A stretch of DNA of 64,000 nt from the human T2T-CHM13v2.0 reference genome, Homo sapiens: NCBI RefSeq assembly GCF_009914755.1, contig NC_060933.1; one strand, 5' to 3'. The notes below the pieces were generated by a model. That model was given only the letters and a program-made list of their open reading frames with translations, was not told where the DNA came from and searched no databases. A program made the position numbers and the translations under genes. This document shows positions 13,604 through 28,423 of the stretch, in pieces. Each line of letters starts with the position of its first letter. Positions within the stretch are counted from its first letter, which is position 1.

Positions 13604-15375
13604 CTTATTTTGGTAGTGAGTTAAAGGAGGATTTAAGTGAAAGGACAGGAGTGGTTGAAAAAAAAAATGATAAAACAAAAGAAAAGGCAAAAATAAATAA
13701 ACGAACAATAAGGACAAAATGAAAATAAGGCTTTGAAACTTAAATTCTAATGACAAATTATGTACCTTGGCTTAGTAATATGAATAAACCAAAAAGAGAA
13801 TTAATGACCAAAAATAATTGTTAAATAATGGGTAGGGGGAATATGTGAAAATGAGACCTCGAGATAATGGAGCCTCAAATAAAATTACCTACCTGCGATA
13901 AAAATTCTTCTAAACCAATCCCTCAGTATCTCCCACCCCCACTATACTGACTACCCAGCTTCAAAAAAGCTGCAAATAGTGCTAGTATTTACTTGAGGGT
14001 CTGATGATGCCTCACAGATGTTTCCAAGCTTTCACTTCTATATTCTAGAATGAGGATGGTTTACATACAGTACTCATTTGTGAAAGGCTTCTTAAGTGTG
14101 AAAAGTTGCAATAACTGCTAATGCCCTTCTACCAGTTCCAATTAAAAATAAATAAACAACAAACATAAGAGGGTTCACTCTATCTGAAAAACTGAGTTTG
14201 CCTGACCAGTTTTAATAATAAAAAAAATGTTAACATTGATCATAGCCCATATACAGTGAGCATGCAGAATCAATAAAGGATGAAAATGCAGAGTCCAAGA
14301 TTTACCTACCCGAGGGTAATGTCAGGATTGTTGATTCTGACTGTAACTTGTACTTACCCTACGTCAGCTTTCAGCTTTTTAATTATAACTCTTCTTGAGA
14401 CACCATTGCTAGTGAAGAATTAGACCCCACCAGCAAAATTTGGTAAAATCAATAATAATCATTTATCCCTTACAAAATGTCAATAACACAGCCATTAAAA
14501 AGAACTGTTTTTTTAAAAACCCAAGTATCAACTGGAAAAGATATAATTTCTGTGCAAAATTTCTTTCATTTTGTACATAATTATTCATACAATGTAGGGT
14601 TTATATTAGAATTAGAAGACATACTTTCTTACTGCCCATTCTAAATTAAACTAGTCACTTTCTGAGCAATCATTTTCCATCAAATTAACCAAGCATTATG
14701 ATTTTAAAAAATTAAAAATCAATAAAAGACAGCACAATTACTATCATTATTTAAAACTTAATAATATTATGTTCCTAAAGAAAAACAAACAAGTGGGCAA
14801 AGATAACACAAGTCCATACACACACGCATATATTTTTAAAGCAATGTATATGGTAGACTGAATAAAGCAATCCTATATTTCATATTTGAATGTGTAGTCT
14901 GGGGATTTCCCTAGACTTTGTGACTCTTAACATTACGGAGTGCCAGGTGTATCCAATTGTTCAGGGGATTATCAGTCTTTCTTAATGTACGTGCCTTGTG
15001 TTCATTATTACAGTCCATCAAAATAAAAGCTCTCTGTACTGACAAAAAAGAAATCCTCATAGGACAGCCTTGTAAATTTGGAATAAGATTTGCAAAACCA
15101 CTAGAATCTCATTTTTATTGATTCTGACTAGGGGTTCTTATATCTCAAATTATAAAACTATTTTACATGCATTATCATTATTCATAATAAATTGAGTTGT
15201 TCATGTAACAGCAAGGACTCATCTGTAATTCTTTTTAAAAAGCTGATTTGGTTTTCACTAGGGCTATCTTCAGACCTCCTATTTTGTGAGAATATATTCA
15301 ACACCATTTGAAAATTTTACTTTAATAAAATAAGGAATAGATAAGTGTTTGATGTGCTTATAAAAAGTCTATTCA

Positions 15376-15424
15376 ATATGTATGTGTGTGTGTATATATA
15401 TATATATACACACACACACATATG
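15376..15424. repeat. (TG)n(TA)n(CA)n self-complementary microsatellite
   Basis: Seen directly. Confidence 0.9.
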
Positions 15425-16804
15425 TTAAAAACTGAGGTTTGTAAACCATGGGAAATATAATATTGAAGCATGTAACATTTCTCTTAATTAAAGGCTTGGT
15501 TTTTAGAAATTATCTTCTACAATACTATTTATTAGCCTGCCTGGAATTCAAAGCAGACATACAGAGAACGCATTAATTTACATGCTTACGCCTTTAAATG
15601 AAAGAAAATTTTATGGGAATAAACGATAATCACTAATAGATTAAACATGATCCTAATCATTTTCATGTGAATAATCATGCTTTAAAGAGGGAAAAACATA
15701 AATTTTATTATCAAAAAACCCTGAAAGTTTTCAAGTTTCTATAGAAAATGAAATGGTGGAAAACTTGCTTATTTGTATGGAAGGAAATGAATCTTTTAAA
15801 TCACAAATTTCATGTTTGCTGATAGGTCTAAATATGAGGTTAACAGAGCATCTTCTTGACAAAATTCAATGTATTTCTACTACAGATATCTATTGTATAA
15901 TTCACTATGTCAAAAAGTAAAGACAAAATATCACACAAAGAAATCTAAGAAAATAACTCAACAAAACTCTTCAATTCAAGGTAAATAGTATTTTTTATGA
16001 ATGAACTGTAAACACATACTAATAAAAAGCAATTAATAATAATAAGCCACCAAACTTTCCACCAAAAACAAAATCCTGTATAATACTTTATGCAAAACAA
16101 TCTGCCCTGGGAACAATTAACCCCCATTGTGATAAACACAGCTATGCTTAAGGGTAACAGCTCCAAAAAGAAATTGAACCCCAGGAAACAAAATACAATT
16201 TAGAATTGCAAATATGTTTGCGATTATTCCATTGTTTCTTAATTTGTCCACATACAGATTTTCTGTCAATGTTCCAAATTTCCACAGGTACTACACACAG
16301 AGTTAATAAGAAACAAGTCATCAGAGCTGAGCTTTTCTTAGTAGAAACAAATACATGAAATAAGGACTTGTTTGATTGCAAAGCTAAAGCCTGTGTGCTT
16401 AAAAAAATAAAGTTTTTTTTTGTCTTTTGCAGCCTCTTTCATTTGCGAAGCCCTCCTATGATTATTTTACAGGGTTCTCAATGTGAATTTTGCTTTAAAG
16501 ACTTGTAATTCATTAAACAGGGCTTGATCTAACTCCTTTAACCCACATTTCACCCATGGACGTCTACTACCTTCTTTAAAAGTCTTTCAGTGTAGGAAGT
16601 GGGAAGGTGGGATCTGTTATTTGGATCAAGTGATGAGACCAAAAGAAGTCACAGTTACACTTTCACCTGTGAAGTGTGATGCATACTAACCTAGAGACTA
16701 ACTATTAAGCATATTAGCAGGTTTGCTTATTGGTGAAGGTGAAAGCTAGCAACATCTCCCCGAGGAAATAAAAAGGCAGAAAGTAAGCAAAGAGAGACAC
16801 CTAC

Positions 16805-16949
16805 TTGACTGCATGGTTCTAGCTGATATTTCTGCAGTAGAAGCACCCAGGCCTTGAGGGGAGCGTGCAGCCAGACGGAAATAGTATAAGCTGTTTGGTT
16901 TCAGTCCTTGCAGCCTATATGATGTCCCTGGCTCAATGGTAATTCGTTG
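16805..16949 (-). CDS. PTPRD: PTPRD exon, 145 nt, second part of FNIII-3 ([10 protein letters not shown]...ARTMQS), phase 0-1
   Basis: ttccag|CAACGA acceptor; TCAA|gtaggt donor; lies within ORF 16746..16982. Confidence 0.97.
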
Positions 16950-17884
16950 CTGGAAGCAATAAGAGAATGTGGTCATCTTCATTAAGGTTCATGCAAATAC
17001 TTTTTAATCATACTGTCTGGACCATCAGATTTCTATCATCAGGATTATAATCTCATCAAAATATCACCAAAAGAGTCAATAGTGAGTATCCAGGGCTATA
17101 CTAAGGAAATTATATAATGAAAATATCAGTTTAAAAGGCAAGTTTCTACAAAGGTAACTGGAATAAGGGAAGTCAGAGATCTTTTTAATGTTGACACAGT
17201 CAGCCAAATACATCAGATAAGACGAAGATTGAGAGGCCAACACCCATGAGTATGTTCTGCCGTTAAATGTGTGTATGTTGCTGTGACACAGATCACAATA
17301 GAAAATGACACCTGCCCCTGGTAGTGGAATCTGCCCAACATGTGCAATTTTAATTGAACAGATGTCTACTCATCTCCCATGACCTTCTGAAATCTCAATT
17401 GGAGGCAAAGAAAACATGACCAGAAGTAGCAACAGTAACCAGTATACAATTTACAGGAGGTTGCTATAAAAGAGATTTGAAATTGCCAAGTTTTAATGGG
17501 TAAAATATCACGTTAGTCACTAAAGAAAGTTGAATAATTTATCTGAAACCACATTACTACCCTAGGTTGATCTAAAATAACTGAAAACCTTACTTTCTTT
17601 GTGAATAAAGAACCCACAGCCAGAAAAAAAATAGATTCACAAATGTTTGTGGACTTTTGATATACGATTTCGTTAATCAAATGCTATAACTCTCACCTTC
17701 CGTGCTTAAAATTTGTCATTTAGCAAAAATATAAGTGTCTATGGGTAATCAATCTTGAACATCAGCCTGCAGTAAACCTTAAAATGCAAGTGAATACATA
17801 ATCTAGTAATGGTGTGTGTAATCTTAACACTTTATCAAATAGTGTTTGCTATTCACACAAACAAATCAGTTAAGAAGAATTCAA

Positions 17885-18341
<457 letters not shown>

Positions 18342-19019
18342 CTATGCCAACATTTAAGCATCACAATTCTCCTTTACTCTTTGTATATATGTATGTTTGT
18401 GTCTATGTATGCCTGTATTTTAGTTTGGTGGTCGTGATGAAGGTTTAAACAATTCAGTGCTGATTTACACCTTACAGAAAACACCAATAGCTCAAGTTGT
18501 ACCATGAAAACTTTAAGTCATATCTGCATTTCAACTATATAACTTTTTGAGTGCTTGATTTATATTGGCTTTGTTAGCTAAATCTAAAACCACTGCATTT
18601 AAAACCTATTCTTTTGAGATTCTGCTCAATTCAAACAGATGGAATAAAACAGAAGTTTACAAGAACATATTAATTTATTATAACATCCAAAATTATGTAC
18701 TACAAGTTAATTGAGAGTAGTTCATTTAGCATGTGAGTTTTTTAAAAGATATTCTTTATTAGAACACAGGGACTGTTTCACTTTGTGAAGATTTTTTTTT
18801 CAGATAAAAAATGCTAAGAGGCATAATAAAATGAATATATGTGTGAAGTTCTCAAACACAGTGCCATTAACTCCTTTTGTCCTAATGTTCCCCATTGGAT
18901 TTAACAATAATAAAAGAAACATACTTACTACTATTATGTATTCTCATTCTGAAAATGTTAGATGTATCTTAATATCGATTTCTATCATGTATTCAAACTG
19001 CACTCAAGAAGCAGTAGAC

Positions 19020-19245
19020 CCTAACCGTTAACAACACAGACTCTGGAACTCGACTGCCTAGACTCAAATCCCAGCTCTGCCATCCACTAGTGCGAGACTT
19101 TGAGCAAATTATTTAACTTTTTTTCCATGCCTCCATTTTATTATACGTCAAATCGATTAATAAGAAAGGCTAGCTCCAGTGCTACTATAAAAATTACATG
19201 CATTATTGATGGTGAAACCCTTAGAACAGTGCCCATTAATGAGTT
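19020..19245 (+). mobile_element. MIR
   Basis: gactctggaactcgactgcctagactcaaatcccagctctgccatccactag. Confidence 0.7.
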
Positions 19246-19844
19246 AATTATATTGATTTTCATTTCTCTTTTCAGTGACGATCAACAATTGCCATGCCTT
19301 CTACAATCTGTTATTTCATTTGCACAGCATACTCAAATGTTATACACACTCACCTTCATACCAAATACTTTTTAGCAAACAAACATTTGCTATTGGGGAA
19401 TCTTTGAAACCAGGGTGGAAAAATTCATCTAGCCAAGGACTTTCATTAACATATAGAGCTAATTTAGTCACCTGTCCCCACAGTGACTTAAATACTTTCA
19501 TGAAGAAGAGAAAGTCCTCAAGTCTCATTGAGTATTTATTCTTCCATAACCTGATACATCTATGGAACTTGGAACTCTGTCAGAAGCACATTCCAACAGG
19601 AACAAGAGTTATTTTGTTTTGTTTTTCCCCAAAGCCTCCAAATAACCACTGTTTTTTGTCATTGTTGTTGTTTTGGGGTTTTTCTTGGGGGGGAGGGGGA
19701 GTCAAGTTCCTCTTTTAATTAGTAAATCTTTTCCATCAAGGTCCTCAATAGCTCTCTGACCAAGAATGTGGATAAATACACAAAAATAAAAAAGTGGCCC
19801 CACGTAATGAATAATTCCCAAGGTGAGAAGCACTATAGTCTTAC

Positions 19845-19978
19845 CTCCTCTCCATGCTCCCCATCTTTGTAGACCAGTTCATAGTTGGCAATGGTATCTG
19901 AACGTGGAGGTGTCCAAGAGAGCAAAATACTTGTTTCAGACTCAGGTTCTGCTTTGAAGTTTAGTGGCTGCCCTGGTA
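19845..19978 (-). CDS. PTPRD: PTPRD exon, 134 nt, first part of FNIII-3 ([17 protein letters not shown]...DGEHGEE), phase 1-0
   Basis: tttttag|TACCAGGG acceptor; GAGGAG|gtaaga donor; translated by hand (absent from the ORF track). Confidence 0.97.
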
Positions 19979-21417
19979 CTAAAAACAGGGAGGCAATGGA
20001 TTGAACTCACAATCACCAGGAGTATTCACAAAGTTCTTCCATTAGCGTAACCTGCTTAAACCTTTCGAAATCTGTACACATGTACCAGCTTAGTGGAAAA
20101 CAAGCTCCTTTACCTTGTCCAAGTTAACCTCTTTGTGTACAGGGCAAGTACAATGTTATAAATCCTGCTCTGGAGTAGTAGAACATCTACACAAGATATA
20201 GTAGAACTAATAAGTATAAAGTATATCGGCCTCTGAATTCAATTTTAAGGAAAAAATTCTTTACTTCATGATATGGTTGTTAGTAATAAATAATATAATT
20301 TACATAAAGCACTTGAAATATTGCCAAAAGCATAATAAGTACAAAATACCTAAAAGTATTGTTATTTACAACTGAGTAGGAACTTACTCTCTAGCACTAC
20401 ATGTAACATTCAAAATTATTTCCAATTAAATTTATGAAATCCTACCTTTACGCCAATAACAAAACCTAACAGGCAAACAGAATCACTCAGCATTTTTTCT
20501 TACCAGCCCACATTTTGAAGAAGAGGTGTAAGAAAGGAAAAACAAAACAAAACAAAACTCTATCACTTACAAATAATGACTTCTAATCTCTAAACTATGT
20601 TAAATTATTTAAAGAACTACACCTAATACAAACAAAATATCCTCTCTAGTGCCACAAAGCTAAACTACTACAAAAATTAAGAAGTTTATAGGATACACTT
20701 ATCAGAAATATGGTAACTTAAAGAGATCATCTATAATTCTCATGTTAGCCATGTCATCTATTCAACAGACAATTTGGAAGAGCTGTTTATCAGCTGTAAC
20801 AAAGAATGGAAAGTCTATTCAGTTTAAAACACCTTACTCAAATGAACTAGAATAATTAGTAACCTAAACTTTCTAGTCCACACCTAAGCCTATCAGTTCC
20901 CCTCTATCCATTATACACAAGGCTGAGTCAGGGTGTCGCTGGCACATCTAATCGTACATTGTTCTTGGCCACTGTCTGCTCTGATTGGTGAGTGCCTATG
21001 CTTTCCCAATTGTAAAACATTTTGATCATTACCCTTGATATTATGGCATGTCTCAATGTGCTGTGGCTGAACATATGTTCATATTCCCTCAAGTTTAAAT
21101 AAGAATTCCATTTATATTTAAAGAAAAAAAGAGAACAATAATACTTCATAGCAGAGGAGTAAAAAAACATCTAAAGTGTGCTTTAAAACATCTAAAGTGG
21201 CAACCTCAGCAAAAATATTTAAAAATACATATAATACAGTATAATTTGTAGTTCAAAAGAAGCCTTTGGAGAAAATGTATTGCTTTCCTTTTCTTTTATA
21301 GTTATGTCTGTGTACTATGGCTTTAAAAAATGCCCTTTGTTAAAGCAGTCTGCAAGAATGATTTGTAGAATTCCTAATGATAATTTTATTCCTCTGGTAA
21401 GTCAGCCTGTGTATATA

Positions 21418-21430
21418 TGTGTGTGTGTGT

Positions 21431-21470
<40 letters not shown>
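21418..21470. repeat. (TG)n microsatellite
   Basis: Seen directly. Confidence 0.95.
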
Positions 21471-21473
<3 letters not shown>

Positions 21474-22544
21474 GGAATATATGTTTGGACTGATGCTTAA
21501 GGTCACAAATAATCAGTGCTTCATATTTCTAGTTGCCTTCATCATCTTTTCTCTCTCTCTTTTTAAAAATCACAGGCCTTGAGAGTCTCATTGATTTGAT
21601 GCCTCTGGGAGCTTACCTTCTGAACAGAGTATCACATTTTTTTCCCCAGTACCTGCCCAGTGGGTGACCTAACACAATCATTTAGATTGAAAGGTGGAAG
21701 CGAAAGAAGATAAAAGATTGAGAAGCAAGAGGCAGAGGGACAGAGGGGAACAAAACACAAATAGGCAAACTGCAAAGCAAATGGAAAATGCATTATTTCT
21801 AAAAGGGAAATACCAAAAGCACTGGCAGGAGCAATAATGGAAACAAGAGTGACCAGATAGATGGGAAAATTATGATAGGACCTAACCTAATATTCACATG
21901 ATAAAAGGGTTTCTCAGGCTAAAAATGCACACATATGCCTATGTATGCAGTCACTGATTTTTTTCCTAGTTTTATTTGCTTCTTTCTTTCTCCCAATTTC
22001 CTGGGAAACAAGAAAGTTTGTGTTAACTCCTGACTCAAACCAAACCGGACTACAGTATGGTCAAGAATTAGAAACACAGACAACACTGAAGGGCTGCTCT
22101 CGGGATAATAATTGCTTGTTACGCATTTCTTCCCTGCCTAATGCTAATAATAAATTGACATTGATTGAAAACATCTTGGAAACCTAATTAACTTTTTCTT
22201 ACTTAAACTGTTTACTTTTTGCTTTTAATTTGTCTTGAGTAAATTCCCGGTTGGTCTCAATATTTCATTCTTGTTTAGTGACACAAGCTTTGTCTGATCA
22301 TCTAATTCTGCTTGTTTCTATTAAGAGCCCCTTCCTTCTAAATAATGACTTAAGTAGGCACATCCAAGTCTCAGAGAGTACACTGTCCTTTTTATTCTTG
22401 CACAAAGCTAAAGGTTGGCTAGACGACTTGATGCAAAGTGTCTTCATCTAATGTACAGGGGGTTCTCTCCTGTTCTTTCCTTATCCTTCTTTTGAAATGG
22501 TTCGGAGGTTAACTTCATTTATTAGATTTTAAACTTGTGGTTCA

Positions 22545-22860
22545 GGCTTAGGCATGGTAACTCACATCTGTAACCCCAGCACTTTGGGAGGCCAAGTTGG
22601 GAGGATGGCTTGAAGTCAGGGGTTCGAGACCAGCCCAGGCAACATAGCAAAACCCTGTCTCTACAAAATAATAAAACTTAAAAAAATCAGCTGGGCATGG
22701 TGGAGCATGCCTGTAGTCCCAGCTGCTTGGGAGGCTGAGGTGAGAGGATCACTTGAGTCCAGGAGCGTGAGGCTACAGTGAACGATGACTGAGCCACTGC
22801 ACACCACCCTGGATGACAGAGTGAGACCCTGTCTCTAAAAATAAATAAATAAATAATAAT
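22545..22860 (+). mobile_element. AluJ
   Basis: Dimeric Alu with J-type GGAGGATGGCTTGA, GAGGCTACAGTGA and (TAAA)n tail. Confidence 0.85.
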
Positions 22861-22875
22861 ATATAAAATAAACAT

Positions 22876-23184
22876 GTGGTGCGAATACAAATGCTCAGAG
22901 GTGTCAGGTAATTTAGATGAGTGAGAAGGCCATATGGGGCCTGGGGCCCGGTGGAGAGTGCCCACCACCTGAAGAGGGACCGCAGGCCATGCTCAGTGAC
23001 AGCAGGTTGCTGCCTTGTGAAATGTGGGCGCACTCTTGTCCCAGCTTCCGATTTCCTTCACAGAAGTTGATCATGAACCTTCCAGGTAAAACCTTTCCAT
23101 TCTTAATTACTAAAAATTAATTGAATTTTAAAAGCACTGTATGGGGCAAAATGTGTCTACAGGCTAGATTCAGCATATGGGCCA
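22876..23184 (+). mobile_element. MER102-like (hAT-Charlie) fossil
   Basis: caaatgc..gagtga..ggagagtgc..cttccgattt..aaagcactgtatggggcaaa..gtctacaggctagattcagc order matches my recollection of MER102. Confidence 0.6.
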
Positions 23185-23604
23185 TGAAATAAACTTTCAT
23201 GATCTCAGGCTCCAGGCTCATCAATGGCTTAAGAGTGCACTACCCACACTTCCTCGGGAACTGAGGGTGTACCTAACGATATCACTTCCTCAGGGCATTT
23301 TGTCATATTTGAATCCACAACCATGAAGCTGAGGACACAAAGGAATTTTTTTAAATAAGGTATAAAATGAATGTATTTTTAAATTCCCAACATATTGGTC
23401 CTAATGAGCATAATATATGTATATAAGAAAACACTTTGTTTTCTCTGGAACACTTGAGACATGGGACTACTTTCATTATCTGTCTATTGAATTTTTATAC
23501 CAAATATTGGGTCTACAGAGGTTCCATTTCACATTTCTATTAATGTTTTCTCTCTATATATGTATTTATACATATAAATGTATAAACGTAAATATTTACC
23601 TACA

Positions 23605-23914
23605 TTTTATTTATATATTTATTTAGTTTTGAGACAAGGTCTTACTCTATCACCCAGGCTGGAGTGCAATGGCACAATCATGGTTCACTACAGCTTTGAC
23701 CTCCAGGTCTCAAGTGCTCCTTCCACCTCAGCCCCCTGAGTAGCTGAGAGTACAGGTGTGTGCCATAACACCCGGCTAATTTTTTAATGTTTTTTGTACA
23801 GACAGGGTCTCAATATGTTGCACCAGGTTGTCTGAACTTCCTGGGCTCAAGAAATCCTTCCACCTCGACCACTCAAAGCACTGAGAGTATGGGTGTGAGC
23901 CACTGTGCCTCGCC
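23605..23914 (-). mobile_element. AluJ
   Basis: gagacaaggtcttactctatcacccaggctggagtgc..gtgagccactgtgcctcgcc. Confidence 0.85.
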
Positions 23915-26900
23915 TTCTTACACACAGATATTTTATGCTCTTGTAATCACTACACATCACGGTTTCTCACTGGTATTTTTTTTTTTAACCTTCACTTACC
24001 AGTCCTTTGTCTATGTATATCTTATTTTATTTTTATTTTATTCAAGAGTTTTTCTGTGTTGTAACATTTCCTTCACTGATTAACTGAACATAAATTTTAT
24101 AAGAAAATGTGAGATTCTGGGAAAATCATGGGCAAATAAAAACAACATATCCAGACCTTTAAGCAGTTACTTCATATTCAAAGGAGAGATATGATATTGA
24201 CCATAAACCAGATTTACAATAGGACATGGAAAGCAAAAATAAAAGAAGCAAAAATTTTTCTTTAATATTATATTTAAGAAGTCATTATATACTGTAAAAG
24301 TATGTCCGCCCTCTTGATTACTTACTTAATGTCCACAAGGAAATAGAAATGTGAGCTATCGAGTCCCTAAAATGAGATCATAATCCTACTGATACATGTT
24401 AAGTACTTGAGTATTACTATAATTACACTCTATATAAATATGTGAAAGCAACTCCAAGACAAGGGATGAAAAAGACTAACAAGAGAAACCTTCACATTAT
24501 CAGATGCTGATATATTAGAAGAGATTAATATTTGAATAAAATGTAGAGATTATCTCTAAAGAAAGGTTGACACATATTGCACTGCTAAACAACAGTTTCA
24601 TCTTGCTATAGTATAAATATGAAATATGACCAAAGATACTAGAAAACCCATGATTGCTAAAATATCCAGTATTTTATTAAGGTACATGTTTTAAAATGTG
24701 TGTATCTAGCATATTGATAAATGATAATGACAATAAAACCGACAGCCAGAATTATAACGGTAGTAAAACAAAGCAAAATTCAAAACAAAGAGTCTGATGT
24801 GTAAATGCCACAAATATATCATTGACAAAATAAGTACTTAATACACAAGCATCAGCACAAATCTTATTCTCAACAGTCATTAAATATAAATGAGAAAAAG
24901 TTAAATTTTATTATAGTTGTATTTATATCCAGTGCTCCTTTACTCATTGCTAAATCTATTCAGAAAAAGCATTTAAATTGGACTCATAACTTTGGTTATT
25001 AGAAAGCAGTCTTTTTCTAGTTTGCTTGTATAGGCCTGTTGACATACACTAATGAAATGATTTATAAACTTCTGGAAACCTAACAGACTTTGTCTCTCAA
25101 TGTCATAGCTTATATTTTAACACTTTTGCAATGCCCAGAATTTGTAATAGCATTAACATCCCTAAAATGTTTAAAGTTGATACTAGTCATTAGTATTTGA
25201 TAAATATATATAATTCTTTATCTTTTGAAGGCATATACTGTTAAAGGTATATCCATATAAGTCAGATGATTTTCAAGAATCTATTAAATGAATAGATGTA
25301 ATTAGAGGTCAGACATGCTTTCTAAATACAGTTCAGAAAAAAGACACATATTAGGATTTAAGATTTATAATGCCTCTAATTAGCATGAACATCAAGCAAC
25401 ATTTAATGCATTAGGTTTGAGATTTAACTTACTACTTCTTTGTCAGAGTTTTATTTCTACTTCTTCTATAAAATATAGTTACCCTATGCTTTTGGTACAA
25501 TTACCTTTACAAGAAAACTATAGGAGGTCCTTTTTTCCTTCCTGAATGTGTTTTCTAATAATGAAAATATTTTTCTAGCTTAATATAAATACTTTCCTTG
25601 TCAATGGCCATATATTCCCCATATTTTCAAGGTAAACTAGTTGCAAGTGACTTTGTAATGCCAGAAGTTAGAGCTATGGAGAACTGAGAAGATTGACCCA
25701 TATTTCAGAAAATAATCATCTCAATGAAAGTCTTTTCATATTTAAAACCATTTAAAGATTACTCAACACGGTCAACTGTACTAATGTTCACAATCAAGGA
25801 GAAAAACTCTCTGACTGTAAAACAGACAGATCATATTCTCATTTTCTGTATTACCAGAAATACACAAATTTACATCAATCCTTCACTTATGTCCATCTGT
25901 GTGACTCATATTAGATCAAATCAAAAGTGAGACTTCTCTCTTAAACTCACTTTGATCCTAAATACTGTTCTTTTGGAATCCGGTTTCAAACAAAAACAGG
26001 AATGTGAATGTCACAGAATGAAAGATAATAAAATTAAATGAGTACCTTTTAGACACAGAAGACATCAAAATGTACATTTCTGTGTATTTGTATTTAAAAT
26101 GTACTTCAATTCCTACATATTATTGATCAGTAAATTTTTATAGGGTTAGAGGAGAAAAATTGCAGTGAAAATAATCATATCCTTAAATTTTATATCTCAT
26201 AATGGTTATCGTCCTAGCAATCATCCTAAGAATTCTTTAGTCAGTAACTTTCTTGTTACTCCTTTTTCTTAAGGAGCAGCTCGGCATTAATTACATCAGA
26301 ACAAACATCATTGTTTTTGGTAGGTGTCCACTAATATCCACTGGCCTTTTTAATTAAGCCTATAGAACAGATCAAATCATTGTGCTATTTTGGAAGGTTT
26401 TCTTAGCTTATTGAGCTTGGCAGGCAGTCATTACATCACTATATATCTTCTCAATCAACATGTATTAAAAGTAAAACTATTATGGAAGATTCTTGGAAAC
26501 ATCTTCATGCAAAAAAGTCAGTTAAACAGAGTGGGAATAACTATTCTAATATATCCATGTCCCATTCATCTAGATTTTCTGAGTTCTGTCATTAAATTAA
26601 ATCAGAGCTTTTGAAAGTAGAGTCCCCAGCTCACAGTAACTCAGTTGCCCCTCTGATAATGCTACCTTCACTGAGTTATGATTCAATGTCATATTCTGTC
26701 CACTGGTCATATAAAAAAATAAAGATATGGTCTGTCTACTTCAACATTACTTCTATATTTTTCAATAGATTACGACTGAAGGCATCAGGGTTTTTCATTT
26801 AGCATTCTAAATACAAGGATTCTCACAATTGTCTAAGATTCACATTTTGGTTGGATTAGGTTTAGGAAAAATTTTGTTTCTCAGATAATCTTCCTACCAT

Positions 26901-27305
26901 CAGAAAATAAAAATATGAAACACTATAGATTTCTATGTTTAAACTGGTGCTTATAAAACTTAGAGCCAAATTTATTTAAATTTAGTTAAATTTCAGCCAG
27001 ATTTACTGCTTGAGTGTAACGATCTTTCATAAAAATGTTCTTCCTTCCACTTCTTTTAGATAAACTTAGTTTTTTTTTTTTTTTCCATTTCTAAATGTTT
27101 TCATGTACTTCTGCACTGGAATAATCTAATAGCTACCTCAGTGTTTCAGAAGTAAGTTATGTATAATTCTTAGATAAATATATGAATAAATGAAACAATT
27201 GCGTTTTTCTCTCTTGCCTCTTTTCATTATTGAATACCTACACTGGCATAAAAACACAAAAACTATCACATTAAGCAAATTATTAATTTAAAAGGTAATG
27301 GTAGT

Positions 27306-27671
27306 TGATAATGATTAGGCTCTGCGTCCCCACCCAAATCTCTTCTCAAACTGTAATCCCCATGTGTCAAAGAAGGGACCTGGTGGGAGGTGATTGAACA
27401 ATGGGGGTGGTTTCTCCTATGCCGTTGTCGTGATAGTGAGTGAATTCTCACGAGATCTAATGGTTTTATAAGGGGCTCTTCCCCCTTTGCTCTTCTCTCT
27501 CCTGCCACCATGTGGAGAAGGTCCTTGCTTCCCCTTCACCTTCTGCCATGACTCTAAGTTTCCTGAACTCTCCCTAGCCATGTGAAATTGTGAGTCGATT
27601 AAACCTCTTTCCTTTGTAAATTACTCAGTCATGGGTATCTCTTTATAGCAGTGTGAAAATGGACTAACACA
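27306..27671. mobile_element. THE1-family (ERVL-MaLR) solo LTR inserted in a MIR
   Basis: TGATA..GGCTCTGCGTCCCCACCCAAATCTC ... GTGTGAAAATGGACTAACACA; 5-bp TSD gtagt/gcagt. Confidence 0.9.
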
Positions 27672-27965
27672 GCAGTTAAAAGTATCCAGAATCCCTGGAT
27701 TTAAATTCTGCTTTTGCACTTAGTAACCTTACGACCTACGGCAAGTTTCTGAATCACGTTTTATCCTCTTTGATCTTCAATTTACTCATTGGCAAGTGGG
27801 ATAATTCCACATCTGCCTAATTGGTTTGTGAGAATAAATACATGCAAAGTTCATAGTATAGTGTCCTCCATATGTTAGCTACTATTATGATGATTACATA
27901 TTAATAATTTAATGTTTTACATATTAAGTTACAAAATGTTTCCCTCCATTATCTAATCTATACCC

Positions 27966-28423
27966 TGTTATGAATTTTATTGCATCCCACAAAAATCCAT
28001 ATGTTGACATCCTCATCCCCAGTACCTCAGAGCATAACCTTATTTCAATATAGGATCTTTGCAATGGAATTAGTTAAGATGAGGCCATAAGAGTGACCCC
28101 AAGTCCGTTATGACTGTGTACTAGTGAAAAGGGAAATTTGGGCATAGGCATGCTTTTGGGAAGAACATAATGTAAAGATGAAGGTAGTGATCAGATGATG
28201 CTTCTACATGTCATGGTACAGCAAAGATTGCCAGCAAACCAACCAACAGAAGTTAGGGCAGCAGCATTAAGTATATTTCCCTCACAGCCTTCAAAAGGAA
28301 CCAATCCTGCCAACACCTTGATCTCAGACTCCCTAGGCCCCAGAACTGTGAGACAATAGATTCCCGTTGTTTAAGCCACCTAGTATGTGGTTCTTTTTTA
28401 CAGGAGCACTAGAAAACAAATAG
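27966..28423. mobile_element. MLT1 (B/C-like) MaLR LTR
   Basis: ccccagtacctcaga..gattgccagcaaacc..ggaaccaatcctgccaacaccttgatctcagact..ccagaactgtgagacaata. Confidence 0.85.

Noticed and set aside
16797-16804. Overlapping tandem donor GTAG|GTGT after the FNIII-3b exon
   Set aside because: The +4 site is weak and this pattern is common splice noise
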